From the NCBI GenBank assembly GCA_040389125.1, contig JAZKAN010000002.1:1232-65231 (forward strand): a stretch of DNA of 64,000 nucleotides, written 5' to 3'. The stretch comes from Patescibacteria group bacterium. GTDB taxonomy: Bacteria > Patescibacteriota > Minisyncoccia > Phycocordibacterales > DATDWN01. The first letter of the stretch is position 1. The number at the start of each line of letters is the position of its first letter. This document shows positions 25,193-34,355 of this stretch, one piece after another. Both the position numbers and the translations under genes were made by a program. Below the pieces are notes generated by a model. It was not told where the DNA came from. It saw only the letters and a list, made by a program, of their open reading frames with translations, and made no database searches.

Positions 25193-25578
25193 TGGAGATG
25201 GCGACATCGAAGTCGCATGCATAGAGAGAATTGAAGCGGGTCTACAGCGCGTAGTTTGTTTTAGTGTTTTAAATCATACTGCTCGGAACAAACAAAATAC
25301 AGTATGATCGAGTCATCTTTTTTTCGAAACATACTCGAGACTAAATATGTTTCTAACCTGCGTTTTATATCAATCAACTTCCCGTAGCGGGTGTGAGGGA
25401 AGCGACCGTCGTTTAGGCGTTAGCGTAAGCGAAGGAGAAATCATTTACAGTGAAGTAAGGAGATTTAACCTTTGTAACTAAGTTGTTTACACTTAAGTTT
25501 TTCGTGCTGTTTTAGGAGGACACGATACTCCGCGTTGCGCGAATCAATTGGCAAACTATGTCAAAACCTGTCATCCCC
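25193..25578 (-). ncRNA. ssrA: tmRNA (SsrA)
   Basis: The minus-strand 5' end is GGGGATGACAGGTTTTGACA. The 3' end is GCGAC-TTCGAT-GTCGC, then CATCTCC, then A. This gives a 7-bp acceptor stem with a G3:U70 pair. The in-frame tag candidate ends NDFSFAYANA then TAA. smpB is adjacent. Confidence 0.85.
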
Positions 25579-25586
25579 GATGTTAA

Positions 25587-25710
25587 TATACAATCTCTTT
25601 CTCCTCATGACTTTTTAAAACACGGAGTCGCTCGGGGCACTCGCGCTCCTCGCTCTCGGGCCGTCGCCCTGTGTACGGTTTTAAAAAGTCATGAGTCAAC
25701 GAGATTGTAT
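25587..25710 (+). repeat. Nested-palindrome repeat, family B, copy 2
   Basis: 25592-25706 matches 7132-7246 at 111 of 115 positions. It lies between the ssrA 5' end and the smpB stop. Confidence 0.75.
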
Positions 25711-25738
25711 CTCTAACATCGGGTCAGGTATTGTTTTG

Positions 25739-26182
25739 TCAACGATCTTTTAAATCACGCTCGATATCGCGTCCAGACTCACGTTTCTTTATGGTCTCGC
25801 GTTTGTCGAACTTCTTCTTGCCTTTTACAGACGCAATATCGAGCTTTACCTTACTGCCTTTATTATACACCGAAAGTGGCACTATTGTCAACCCCTTTGT
25901 ACCCTCGATTTTACTCAGGTCATGAATCTCGGTTTTTTTGAGCAGGAGCCTGCGGTTGCGGTATGGGTCGTACTCCGTAGGAGTGTTGCCGACTTGGTAT
26001 GGTGGTATGAACATACCCACCACAAATGCCTCGTTCCCGCGGATAGTGACGTGTGCTCCCTCGAGCGAGCCCTGACTCTGTTTGAGTGCCTTCACTTCAA
26101 AGCCAAAAAGCTCTATGCCCGCAGAGTATTTATCGAGTATTTCATGGTTGAAACTGGCTTTGTGGTTCGTAATGAGAGACAT
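25739..26182 (-). CDS. smpB: SsrA-binding protein SmpB
   Basis: 147 aa with YSAGIELFGFEVKALK, PYRNRRLLLKKTEI and IVPLSVYNKGSKVKLDIA. Confidence 0.95.
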   Translation of the reverse strand: MSLITNHKASFNHEILDKYSAGIELFGFEVKALKQSQGSLEGAHVTIRGNEAFVVGMFIPPYQVGNTPTEYDPYRNRRLLLKKTEIHDLSKIEGTKGLTIVPLSVYNKGSKVKLDIASVKGKKKFDKRETIKKRESGRDIERDLKDR

Positions 26183-26250
26183 GGGGCTATAATATCATAT
26201 TGAAATATAATTGGTGCAAAAAACTATCTTTTGTGTATAATTGCCGTACT

Positions 26251-28188
26251 ATGAATACCCCCGAAAAACCAAACAAGCCAACAAAAATAATTATTAAAAA
26301 AAGTGAGAATGGAGAAAAAGGTCCAGATGAAGGATCGATCGTCAAATACGTGGTTTCTATTCTTATCGTATTTGTTTTGCTGTCGACTCTCTACTCGGTT
26401 ATTACAACAAAATCAAAAAAGATTGAGCAGATTCCACTTTCGCAAGTTGCAACCGATGTTGCGTCGAGTACGGTCGCATCTATTACAGTGAGTGGAGATG
26501 ACCTCTCGCTCGTATATGTAAACGGTGATACCAAAACTTCTAAAAAGGAACCAGGAGAGGCTCTCACGCAGACGCTTGTAAACTATGGCGTGACAAAAGC
26601 TGAACTGCAACCAATTAAAATAAATGTTAAGGATGAGGGCGGATTTGTGTACTGGCTTGTTAATTTCTCGCCTACTATTATTTCTATTTTATTTATTCTT
26701 GTATTTATTTGGTTCATCACTCGTCAGGTCAGGGGGGCGGGAATGCAGGCGCTGACATTTGGACAGTCCAAGGCACGCATGATTGATCCCAATGACAAGG
26801 AACAACGCGTAACATTTAAAGATGTTGCAGGTGCAAAAGAAGCCAAGGAAGAACTTGCAGAAATTGTGGATTTCCTACGATTCCCAAAAAAGTTTCTTGA
26901 TATCGGTGCGCGCATTCCAAAAGGAATTCTGCTCATGGGTGCACCGGGAACAGGTAAAACACTTCTCGCGCGAGCGGTTGCAGGAGAAGCCGGCGTAGCA
27001 TTTTTCTCTATTTCCGGTTCAGAGTTCGTAGAAATGTTTGTGGGTGTTGGTGCGTCTCGCGTGCGTGATCTCTTTATGCTTGCCAAAAAAACTGCACCAG
27101 CAATTATTTTTGTAGATGAAATTGATGCAGTCGGACGAGTGCGAGGTGTAGGAGCGGGTGGGGGAAACGATGAACGAGAGCAGACACTCAACCAAATTTT
27201 GGTAGAAATGGATGGATTTGAGCCAAATGAAAAAGTGATCGTGATGGCCGCGACAAACCGACCGGATGTTTTGGACCCCGCACTCCTTCGACCGGGACGT
27301 TTTGACCGCCGTGTGACTTTGGATTTGCCAGATCGTGGTGATCGCGAGGAAATTTTGAAAGTCCACAGTACCAAAAAGCCATTTGCAGAGGATGTGAACT
27401 TGTCAGTTATTGCAGAGCGAACTCCAGGGTTCTCTGGTGCGGATTTGTTCTCTCTCATGAATGAGGGCGCAATTTTGGCTGCACGAGAAAACCGTACAAA
27501 AATTTCTCAGTACGACCTCATACGATCAATTGAAAAAGTGATGCTCGGACCAGAACGCAAAAGTCACATTTTGTCGAAGAAAGAAAAGGAAATCACGGCG
27601 TATCACGAGGCTGGACATGCGGTTCTCGCTTCACTTCTGCCGTATGCAGATCCAGTACATAAAATTTCTATTATTTCTCGTGGACGAGCAGCGGGCTATG
27701 TGCTCAAACTTCCGCTCGAGGACCGCAAACTGCAATCCAAAAAGGAGTTTCTCGATGATATTGCAATGTCTCTCGGTGGATATGTGACAGAGAAAATGTT
27801 GTTTGATGATCTGACTACGGGTCCATCAAACGATCTCCAGGTATCAACTGCTCTCGCACGTGACATGGTCACGAAATACGGTATGTCAGATATGCTTGGT
27901 CCTGTTGCACTCGAGGGACAGGGCGGCAAGGTTTTGTTTGGACGTGGAGTCGAGGAGAAGGAATTTTCAGAAAAGGTGGCAACTGACATTGATGCAGAGG
28001 TGTCGCGAATTATGAAAGAAGCACATGACAAGGCAGAAAAGGTGATTACACAGAACAGAAAACTTCTCGATGCAATTGCTGCACGGCTGATCGAAGCAGA
28101 AACTATCGAGCGAACAGAGTTTGAAAGTATTTTGGTTGCACATGGTATCGTGCCAAAAAAGAAATTAGATATTGAACATCAGGTGTAG
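26251..28188 (+). CDS. ftsH: ATP-dependent zinc metalloprotease FtsH
   Basis: Walker A GAPGTGKT, Walker [13 protein letters not shown] region, and HEAGHA zinc site. ATG 26251 lies behind a TATAAT. Confidence 0.96.
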   Translation: MNTPEKPNKPTKIIIKKSENGEKGPDEGSIVKYVVSILIVFVLLSTLYSVITTKSKKIEQIPLSQVATDVASSTVASITVSGDDLSLVYVNGDTKTSKKEPGEALTQTLVNYGVTKAELQPIKINVKDEGGFVYWLVNFSPTIISILFILVFIWFITRQVRGAGMQALTFGQSKARMIDPNDKEQRVTFKDVAGAKEAKEELAEIVDFLRFPKKFLDIGARIPKGILLMGAPGTGKTLLARAVAGEAGVAFFSISGSEFVEMFVGVGASRVRDLFMLAKKTAPAIIFVDEIDAVGRVRGVGAGGGNDEREQTLNQILVEMDGFEPNEKVIVMAATNRPDVLDPALLRPGRFDRRVTLDLPDRGDREEILKVHSTKKPFAEDVNLSVIAERTPGFSGADLFSLMNEGAILAARENRTKISQYDLIRSIEKVMLGPERKSHILSKKEKEITAYHEAGHAVLASLLPYADPVHKISIISRGRAAGYVLKLPLEDRKLQSKKEFLDDIAMSLGGYVTEKMLFDDLTTGPSNDLQVSTALARDMVTKYGMSDMLGPVALEGQGGKVLFGRGVEEKEFSEKVATDIDAEVSRIMKEAHDKAEKVITQNRKLLDAIAARLIEAETIERTEFESILVAHGIVPKKKLDIEHQV

Positions 28189-28243
28189 GGAGGTTGCAGA
28201 TTTGTACAGGATGTTGTAGTGTTTTAAGTAGAGGAGATTTAGC

Positions 28244-28474
28244 ATGAACGCACAAAATCGCAACCTTCATCCTACTGGGCAGATGGTTGGAGGCCAAATG
28301 CTTTATTGCCAAGGGGTATCGGTCAACGTCGACAGGCAAGGGTTGGTAGAAAGCCTGGTCTGCGGTCGTTGCGGTCAACGTCGACTACAAGCTACTGTCG
28401 GCAACGGGATTCCTCAGATCGAACTCTGGAAAACCCACTTAGCGAAGATTCCGTACTCGCTTGTTGCTCGTTAA
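28244..28474 (+). CDS. Hypothetical small protein (GC-richer orphan cassette)
   Basis: 76-aa ORF with GAGGAG 8 nt upstream. It contains CGRCG and is followed by a strong terminator. Confidence 0.45.
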   Translation: MNAQNRNLHPTGQMVGGQMLYCQGVSVNVDRQGLVESLVCGRCGQRRLQATVGNGIPQIELWKTHLAKIPYSLVAR

Positions 28475-28493
28475 TACGGCGCGAACTCCAATC

Positions 28494-28525
28494 AAAAAAG
28501 CCGAGGGACACACCCTCGGCTTTTT
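28494..28525. terminator. Bidirectional intrinsic terminator
   Basis: AAAAAA, GCCGAGGG, loop ACACA, CCCTCGGC, TTTTT. It lies between convergent genes. Confidence 0.8.
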
Positions 28526-28536
28526 CCTATATTATT

Positions 28537-28788
28537 TTAATCGTTCCAGTGCCACCCTGGTTTTTCTCCACGGGTATAGCAAATAATCAAAAGAAAAATA
28601 GTTAGTACTACAAATGGTACCGCAAACTGTAGAAGAGCATCACTGCCTGAATGCGCTTTGTTTGCCTTGACTGCATAGGGAATGAGAGCGAATGCGTATA
28701 ACAACGTAACAACCCAGCCTTGCCACGAGACAGGTGTCCACCCCCACCCCCATCTTTTTGCCCGAAACCACATTTTTTTGTTTTCCAT
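28537..28788 (-). CDS. Small membrane protein (WGWGW motif)
   Basis: MENKKMWFRAKRWGWGWTPVSWQGW followed by two TM helices. The internal ATG at 28788 is the preferred start. Confidence 0.65.
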   Translation of the reverse strand: MENKKMWFRAKRWGWGWTPVSWQGWVVTLLYAFALIPYAVKANKAHSGSDALLQFAVPFVVLTIFLLIICYTRGEKPGWHWND

Positions 28789-28869
28789 ATGGATGTAGTA
28801 TAGCAAAAATTTTCAGCTGATGGTTCAGTTTTCCACTCAGTGTTTTTGTGCTAGTATGCTAATATAAAT

Positions 28870-28942
28870 GCGCGTGTAGCTCAGTTGGTAGAGCGTTCGT
28901 CTTATACACGAATGGCCGGGGGTCCGAATCCCTCCACGCGCA
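28870..28942 (+). tRNA. tRNA-Ile, anticodon UAU
   Basis: Hand-folded cloverleaf. Acceptor GCGCGTG/CACGCGC, D arm GCTC-AGTTGGTA-GAGC, anticodon arm TTCGT-CTTATAC-ACGAA (TAT at 28913-28915), T arm GGGGG-TCCGAAT-CCCTC. No encoded CCA. Confidence 0.8.
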
Positions 28943-29103
28943 CAAAAAATTATATTTACAATGAAAAGAGAAGACAAAATTTTGATAATATCGATCGGTG
29001 TTCTAATTCTTGTATACATCCTTATACAATTTGTCCGTGTGAACTGGAACTGGTATCAAAATGAAAAGGCGATGAGGGCTGAATCCTCATTACAAATTTT
29101 TTC

Positions 29104-29922
29104 CTAGTTTTTTGGAAATTCATCCAAAAGTTCATTTGAGTTGTAGAAATCTCCAGCGAGCGTTCCAAAACTATATACTTTGTCGCCAACTGGTATTTGT
29201 GCGCCACCAGAACTCGGGTTCGGATTTGGTTTGGAATTTTTGAAACCAATGTTGTAAAGAGTCGAGAGAATTTCTGGTCTGTCTGAAATATCGAATCCTG
29301 CGTTTTTCCATTGAGTTACGATTTGTTTTAAATACAATCCCGCATAGAGGTAGCTATAGTAGTGGGCATGTTGATCTGTCATACGAACAAATCGTTCCTG
29401 CTTGATACTGTCAGTACTTGTCGAGGTTTTGAATTCGAGTGCCTGCTCGTACGTGGGACCAAGATAAAATGGAGAGTTTTTGTTTCGTAGATTTTGTTCA
29501 ATCTGAATCGCTGTATCCTCCTTGATTCCCATTACTCCCCAGGAAAATTTGGTTTGACTACCAAGGATTTTGAGCGGTTCAAAAAACTTTTTGTATGATT
29601 CGCGGTCGTCAAAGAAAAATCGCAGTTGCTCGGTCACGAGCTGTGCAACAATAAGACGTGCGGGCACACCAGACGCAACACTCGCACGATAAATCAGTTC
29701 CTTGTCTTTTGTTACAGCTTCTTTGAGCGTAGTCCATTCTGGAAGGGAAGACCATTCGGGAGAGGTGGTCGCAAATTCACCAGAGAGAAAGTTTTCACGT
29801 TGTTTGTCTACAATACCTTTAGTATTTGTCAGCCCAAAACGTACTGCAAAATATCCGGCAGTGAGGCCAAACCCAATCAAGGCGAATGCGTATATGAAGA
29901 TAGTAAAAATTTTCTTTGGCAT
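29104..29922 (-). CDS. Hypothetical membrane-anchored protein
   Basis: ORF with internal start MPKKIFTIFIYAFALIGFGLTAGYF (signal anchor). No catalytic motif recognised. Confidence 0.65.
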   Translation of the reverse strand: MPKKIFTIFIYAFALIGFGLTAGYFAVRFGLTNTKGIVDKQRENFLSGEFATTSPEWSSLPEWTTLKEAVTKDKELIYRASVASGVPARLIVAQLVTEQLRFFFDDRESYKKFFEPLKILGSQTKFSWGVMGIKEDTAIQIEQNLRNKNSPFYLGPTYEQALEFKTSTSTDSIKQERFVRMTDQHAHYYSYLYAGLYLKQIVTQWKNAGFDISDRPEILSTLYNIGFKNSKPNPNPSSGGAQIPVGDKVYSFGTLAGDFYNSNELLDEFPKN

Positions 29923-29964
29923 TATGAAATCTATGTATATCACATCTCTTCAAAAACACAAAAA

Positions 29965-32133
29965 TTATTCAAAATGAATCTTGTTTTTATTCTCCTCAAA
30001 GTATTTTTTGATTTTGGGATATTTTGAAAAATCAGACGATTCCTCGACAATTCGCAATGCCTCAGTCCTACTTGCCTCGACCATCTTAATATTTTTTATT
30101 GCTTCCATGGCGAGATCAGAAATACCCCACTGTTTACGACCGTAGAGTTCACCCGCACCACGTTGGGCAAGGTCGAATTCAGCAAGTTCAAACCCATTTT
30201 TAGCAGTAGTTAGCGCTTTTAAACGATCACGCGTTTTCTCACTTTTGCTATCGGTAAATATGTAGCAGTATGCCTGGTGGTTCGAGCGTATGACACGTCC
30301 ACGGAGCTGGTGGAGTTGTGAGAGACCGAATCGCTCTGCTCCCTCGATAATTATCATGGTTGCATTTGGTACATTAACCCCCACCTCGACGACGGACGTC
30401 GCGACGAGTATGTCGGTTTTGTGATTTTCAAAGTCATTCATCACTGATTCCTTTTCCGCTGGAGTCATTTTGCTATGCAGAATATCAATCGCAAACTCCT
30501 TGAACACATCTCTCTGTAGCCTCTCTGCTTCCTCGGTCACAGATTTTGCAATAATCGCATTCTCTTTAGTTGGATCGGCTTCATTAATTCGCGGGCAGAT
30601 GACGTATAGTTGTCGTCCGGTTTTGAGTTCCTTTCGGATTTCCTCATATGTGTTATCTCTCTGAGTTGGCAAAATGATTTTGGTAATAATCGGTTTGCGA
30701 CCGTGAGGCATGCCCTCGAGGAGAGTTAAATCCAAATCGCCATAGATGGTGAGTGACAATGTGCGTGGAATAGGTGTTGCGGTCATGGAGAGTAGGTGCG
30801 GCGACACTTCATTTTTGGTTGTCAGCTTTTGTCGCTGCAATGTTCCAAACCGATGTTGCTCGTCGATGACCACATATGCCAGATGTTTAAACGCCACACT
30901 TTTGTATATGAGTGCATGTGTACCGATAAGTATCGGCACTTCGCCATTTGCTACCCATTTTAAAAGTTGTGCACGTGAAATTCGAGTTGGTTTGGTTTTG
31001 TCGCTTTTTGATGGAAAAATCTTACACTCGCTTCCAGTGATGAGGCCGATTTTTATCGGCAAATGTTTGAAATACGAAATGAAGTTTTCGTAGTGCTGTT
31101 TGGCAAGGATTTCTGTGGGCACCATGTAGCCTGTTTGCAAGTTGCCATAATCCTTGCCTTTGGGGCGTGCCTTGGTTACTGCATATATGGTAGTAGCTGC
31201 TACTGCTGTTTTGCCTGAACCCACATCGCCCTCGAGAAGTCGTGCCATTGGATATCCGCGTGTAAAGTCTGTGACGATCGAGTCGATAGCGTGGAGTTGC
31301 GACTCAGTCGGCTTGAACGGAAAGCGAGATACAAACTCCGCGATATCTTTTTTGCTCGTTTCAATCTCAAATGCTTCTTTTGTATTCCAGAGTTTTCGTT
31401 CCTGCTGTTTCTCCAGTTGAATAAAAAATATTTCTTGGAATGCAAATCGTTTGCGCGACGCTAGTGCATCGGACTCCTTTTTCGGGGTATGAATCCAGAT
31501 GAATGCAGACCGGATGGAGGGGAGTGTGTATTTTTTTAAAACATCATCGGGTATCGGATCTTCTACTGTGTCTAAAATTCCGCTTGAAAATATTTTTTGT
31601 ATTGTGTGATAAATCCAGTGAGATGTAACACCTTTGCTTTCTGGATATACAGGATAGAGAACATGCGTATCATTTTCCGCCATTCCATTATTACTAAATA
31701 GGGACTCACCAACAGCAGTCGGCAGTGTATCAACTACCTCGATTTTGGGATTGCTCATGTATCGCTCGTTTTTCCTTTCTGTCACTTTGCCCTCGACACG
31801 CACGAGTTGTCCCTCGTGAATCATTTTAGCAATGTATGGTTGGTTGAACCAAACGATTTTGATATGTCCTGTGTCGTCCGTGACCGTCGCTTCTGCCATT
31901 GGGATTTTCTTTACAAATGCCTTACTTGTTTTGAGTCCCGAGATTTTACCAAACACAGTCGCGTCATCGCCCTTTGCGAGGGTTTCTACATTGCGCATCT
32001 GGCTTGTGTTGCCGTATCGAATAGGGAAATAGTAGAGTAAATCCTCCACAGTCACAATACCCATTTTACTGAGTGCCTTTTTTTGCATTTCTACGAGCCG
32101 GAATTCCGTTGAGAGAGGAGAGGTGAGTTTCAT
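29965..32133 (-). CDS. recG: ATP-dependent DNA helicase RecG
   Basis: 722 aa with an N-terminal wedge/OB region, DVGSGKT (motif I), VIDEQHRFG (motif II) and QLRGRVIRS (motif VI). Confidence 0.95.
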   Translation of the reverse strand: MKLTSPLSTEFRLVEMQKKALSKMGIVTVEDLLYYFPIRYGNTSQMRNVETLAKGDDATVFGKISGLKTSKAFVKKIPMAEATVTDDTGHIKIVWFNQPYIAKMIHEGQLVRVEGKVTERKNERYMSNPKIEVVDTLPTAVGESLFSNNGMAENDTHVLYPVYPESKGVTSHWIYHTIQKIFSSGILDTVEDPIPDDVLKKYTLPSIRSAFIWIHTPKKESDALASRKRFAFQEIFFIQLEKQQERKLWNTKEAFEIETSKKDIAEFVSRFPFKPTESQLHAIDSIVTDFTRGYPMARLLEGDVGSGKTAVAATTIYAVTKARPKGKDYGNLQTGYMVPTEILAKQHYENFISYFKHLPIKIGLITGSECKIFPSKSDKTKPTRISRAQLLKWVANGEVPILIGTHALIYKSVAFKHLAYVVIDEQHRFGTLQRQKLTTKNEVSPHLLSMTATPIPRTLSLTIYGDLDLTLLEGMPHGRKPIITKIILPTQRDNTYEEIRKELKTGRQLYVICPRINEADPTKENAIIAKSVTEEAERLQRDVFKEFAIDILHSKMTPAEKESVMNDFENHKTDILVATSVVEVGVNVPNATMIIIEGAERFGLSQLHQLRGRVIRSNHQAYCYIFTDSKSEKTRDRLKALTTAKNGFELAEFDLAQRGAGELYGRKQWGISDLAMEAIKNIKMVEASRTEALRIVEESSDFSKYPKIKKYFEENKNKIHFE

Positions 32134-32140
32134 GACTGTA

Positions 32141-32965
32141 TTATACCTTAATCATAAACAGATTTTTTGATTTCTGAATCAGCCCTTCTTTTATCATCGA
32201 CTCTAAGTTTTTAGATACAACATTTGTCTCATACTCAAGAGCCTTGACCAACTCCTTTTCTGTGTGTGGTTTCTGGAGAATTAGTTTCAATATTTTTGCT
32301 CGTTTTTCTCTATTTGATCCCTTGAATGCAGATTGTTTGGTGTGATGGCTACTTCGACGACTTGGATTGTGAGTTTCTTTTAGAAATGCACCGTAGTCAA
32401 ACAGTGCCCAGTACCATTCACGTGGATTTTCCATATCGAGAGTTTTTTCAATGAGTGGCAAAATTTCACTATCTGAAATTTTTGTTAAAACTTTCGCTGA
32501 ATCTTTTTCTACATCTGGAAAAAAGAAATGGATAAATACACTGCGAATATTTGTTTCGATAAGTGGCACGGGGATGTTCCACGCGAACGCCAGTATGTCG
32601 CCAGCGGTCGCAGGTCCAATGCCGGGTAGGGAACACAATAGTTTGAAATCCTTTGGAAATTTTCCGTCAAATTCGCTCTCAATTTTTTCCGCACATTTTT
32701 TCAAATACACCGCACGCCTGTTGTAGCCGAGCCCTTGCCATTCTAAAAGCACCTCGGAAAGTTCTGCTTCTGTGAGTATTTTTGTATTCGGGAACTTTTT
32801 CAAAAATGACCTATATTTTGAAACTACTCGTGGTGCTTGTGTCTGCTGAAGCATGATTTCAGAAACCAGAATTTTGTACGGATCGCGAGTCCTGCGCCAC
32901 GGGAAATCCCGTTTGTGAGTTTTGTAGCGAGTCCAGATAATTTTCTTAAATTTTGCTACCTGCAT
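32141..32965 (-). CDS. HhH-GPD DNA glycosylase, MutY/Nth-like, without the Fe-S cysteine motif
   Basis: DFPWRRTRDPYKILVSEIMLQQTQ and LPGIGPATAGDILAFAWN (the HhH element). No Cx6Cx2Cx5C cluster is present in the C-terminal part. Confidence 0.8.
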   Translation of the reverse strand: MQVAKFKKIIWTRYKTHKRDFPWRRTRDPYKILVSEIMLQQTQAPRVVSKYRSFLKKFPNTKILTEAELSEVLLEWQGLGYNRRAVYLKKCAEKIESEFDGKFPKDFKLLCSLPGIGPATAGDILAFAWNIPVPLIETNIRSVFIHFFFPDVEKDSAKVLTKISDSEILPLIEKTLDMENPREWYWALFDYGAFLKETHNPSRRSSHHTKQSAFKGSNREKRAKILKLILQKPHTEKELVKALEYETNVVSKNLESMIKEGLIQKSKNLFMIKV

Positions 32966-33000
32966 AACTTCAGTCTAGCAGATTTGTGACAAAGAGGAAT

Positions 33001-33498
33001 CTAATACACAACATTCCACGGATACTCGCTCCGTGTGATTTTCCACGTATTTTCTTTGATTGTTACAATATTTTTAATTTCAGTCACGTATTTTCGAACG
33101 CCAGCTTTATATTTTTCCATGTCCGGTTTGCCAGAAATATCTTGATCAGCCCATAGTTTGTTTTCTGTAATATAAAAAGAGTTTGGACCAAAACCGAGAC
33201 CATTTGGATATATCTCTAGGGACTTCTGGTTAAAAAGTTTAGACACGCCGTCACTGTATTTGCACCGTGATGCCGCCCCTCCCGTGTATTTCATATCATG
33301 ACAACCTTGTGTTTCAAGTTTTGTTTTTATATCTGCGAGAGAAACGGTTTCAATACTTACGTACCCTTCGTATAATGTACGTGCGCTCAGATCAGTTTTG
33401 ACGGGAATGATTTTTTTTACTGAATTAGATTTCGCAGCTACAAATCCCGCGACTAGAATAATGAGTGTTAGTAATATTATTTTAATTGATGTGGTCAT
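33001..33498 (-). CDS. Hypothetical exported protein
   Basis: 165-aa ORF with an N-terminal signal or anchor (IKIILLTLIILVAGFVAA). Confidence 0.6.
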   Translation of the reverse strand: MTTSIKIILLTLIILVAGFVAAKSNSVKKIIPVKTDLSARTLYEGYVSIETVSLADIKTKLETQGCHDMKYTGGAASRCKYSDGVSKLFNQKSLEIYPNGLGFGPNSFYITENKLWADQDISGKPDMEKYKAGVRKYVTEIKNIVTIKENTWKITRSEYPWNVVY

Positions 33499-33551
33499 AG
33501 TGTAAGTATATCAAATATGATGTTGCTTTATACATATAAGGCAGATAGTAT

Positions 33552-34253
33552 TTGTATATGAAAAAAATAATAATGCTCGGCATCACACTTCTTGTTCTGG
33601 GGGTAGCAACATATGTATATAATCCATTGTCGATTAAAGGAAATTCTACTGATTCAATACCCCAGAGTGGACAGAGTGGTATCGCACCCTTCTCCTGGCC
33701 AGAGAGGTTTCGAGTGGATGTAAAAAGAGTAAGTGTAGATGATAGAACGGGAACACAGACGGTGAATGTCAATTATCATTATTTGGCTGATGGTCAAAAA
33801 ATAAAGGACGTGCCGATTGATCAGCCGGTTGACTCAACTATTTTTCGACTTGATACACACGTTATGTATTCTATAAACAATGCAACCAAAGTATACAAAA
33901 CAACATCCTTGCGTCCCGACATGTCGCGCTCACTTCCATTTTATACTGTAGATACTACATGGACATTTGAGAAAAAAGATACCGAAAGTGGTGTATCGTG
34001 CGACAGGTATCACATCTCCAGACCTCTAACGGGTAATAAGCCTGCAAATCCAGAATATATATGCATTGATCCGATTCGCAATATTCCAGTGTATCGCAGT
34101 ATCGGATACATAGAGGAGAAAAATGGGACGTATATAGTTCACCCAGTAGGGTTTATTGATACATATTCAAATTACAGCTCTGATCCAATCCCGGCGTCAG
34201 AGTTTGAGGTACCGCCAGGATATATAAATTTTGACGAAATACCAACTCACTGA
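33552..34253 (+). CDS. Hypothetical exported protein
   Basis: 233-aa ORF with an N-terminal signal (MKKIIMLGITLLVLGVATYV). Confidence 0.6.
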   Translation: MYMKKIIMLGITLLVLGVATYVYNPLSIKGNSTDSIPQSGQSGIAPFSWPERFRVDVKRVSVDDRTGTQTVNVNYHYLADGQKIKDVPIDQPVDSTIFRLDTHVMYSINNATKVYKTTSLRPDMSRSLPFYTVDTTWTFEKKDTESGVSCDRYHISRPLTGNKPANPEYICIDPIRNIPVYRSIGYIEEKNGTYIVHPVGFIDTYSNYSSDPIPASEFEVPPGYINFDEIPTH

Positions 34254-34355
34254 GCCATTTGATGTGTTAATTTGATAAATAACAATAAATATATATTGAC
34301 AAACGATAATCAGTTGATTAAGATATAGGTATTAGTATTTTAGTAACAAATATTT

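Noticed and set aside
24937-25224. 95-aa plus-strand ORF downstream of the HTH gene.
   Set aside because: Its 3' part overlaps the tmRNA 3' end (25193 onward) and its 5' part overlaps the better-supported HTH ORF in another frame. No SD or motif was found.
28321-28385. 13-nt direct repeat GGTCAACGTCGAC (28321-28333 and 28373-28385) inside the small ORF 28244..28474, read in two different frames.
   Set aside because: It is short, contains a palindromic GTCGAC, and has no associated structure or partner. It is noted only as a possible hint that the ORF is not under strong coding constraint.
28961-29107. 48-aa plus-strand ORF (MKREDKILIISIGVLILVYILIQF...) just after tRNA-Ile.
   Set aside because: It is a plausible single-TM micro-protein. 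But it has no SD, no conservation information, and its stop codon overlaps the 3' end of the convergent gene 29104..29922. That is not enough to call.
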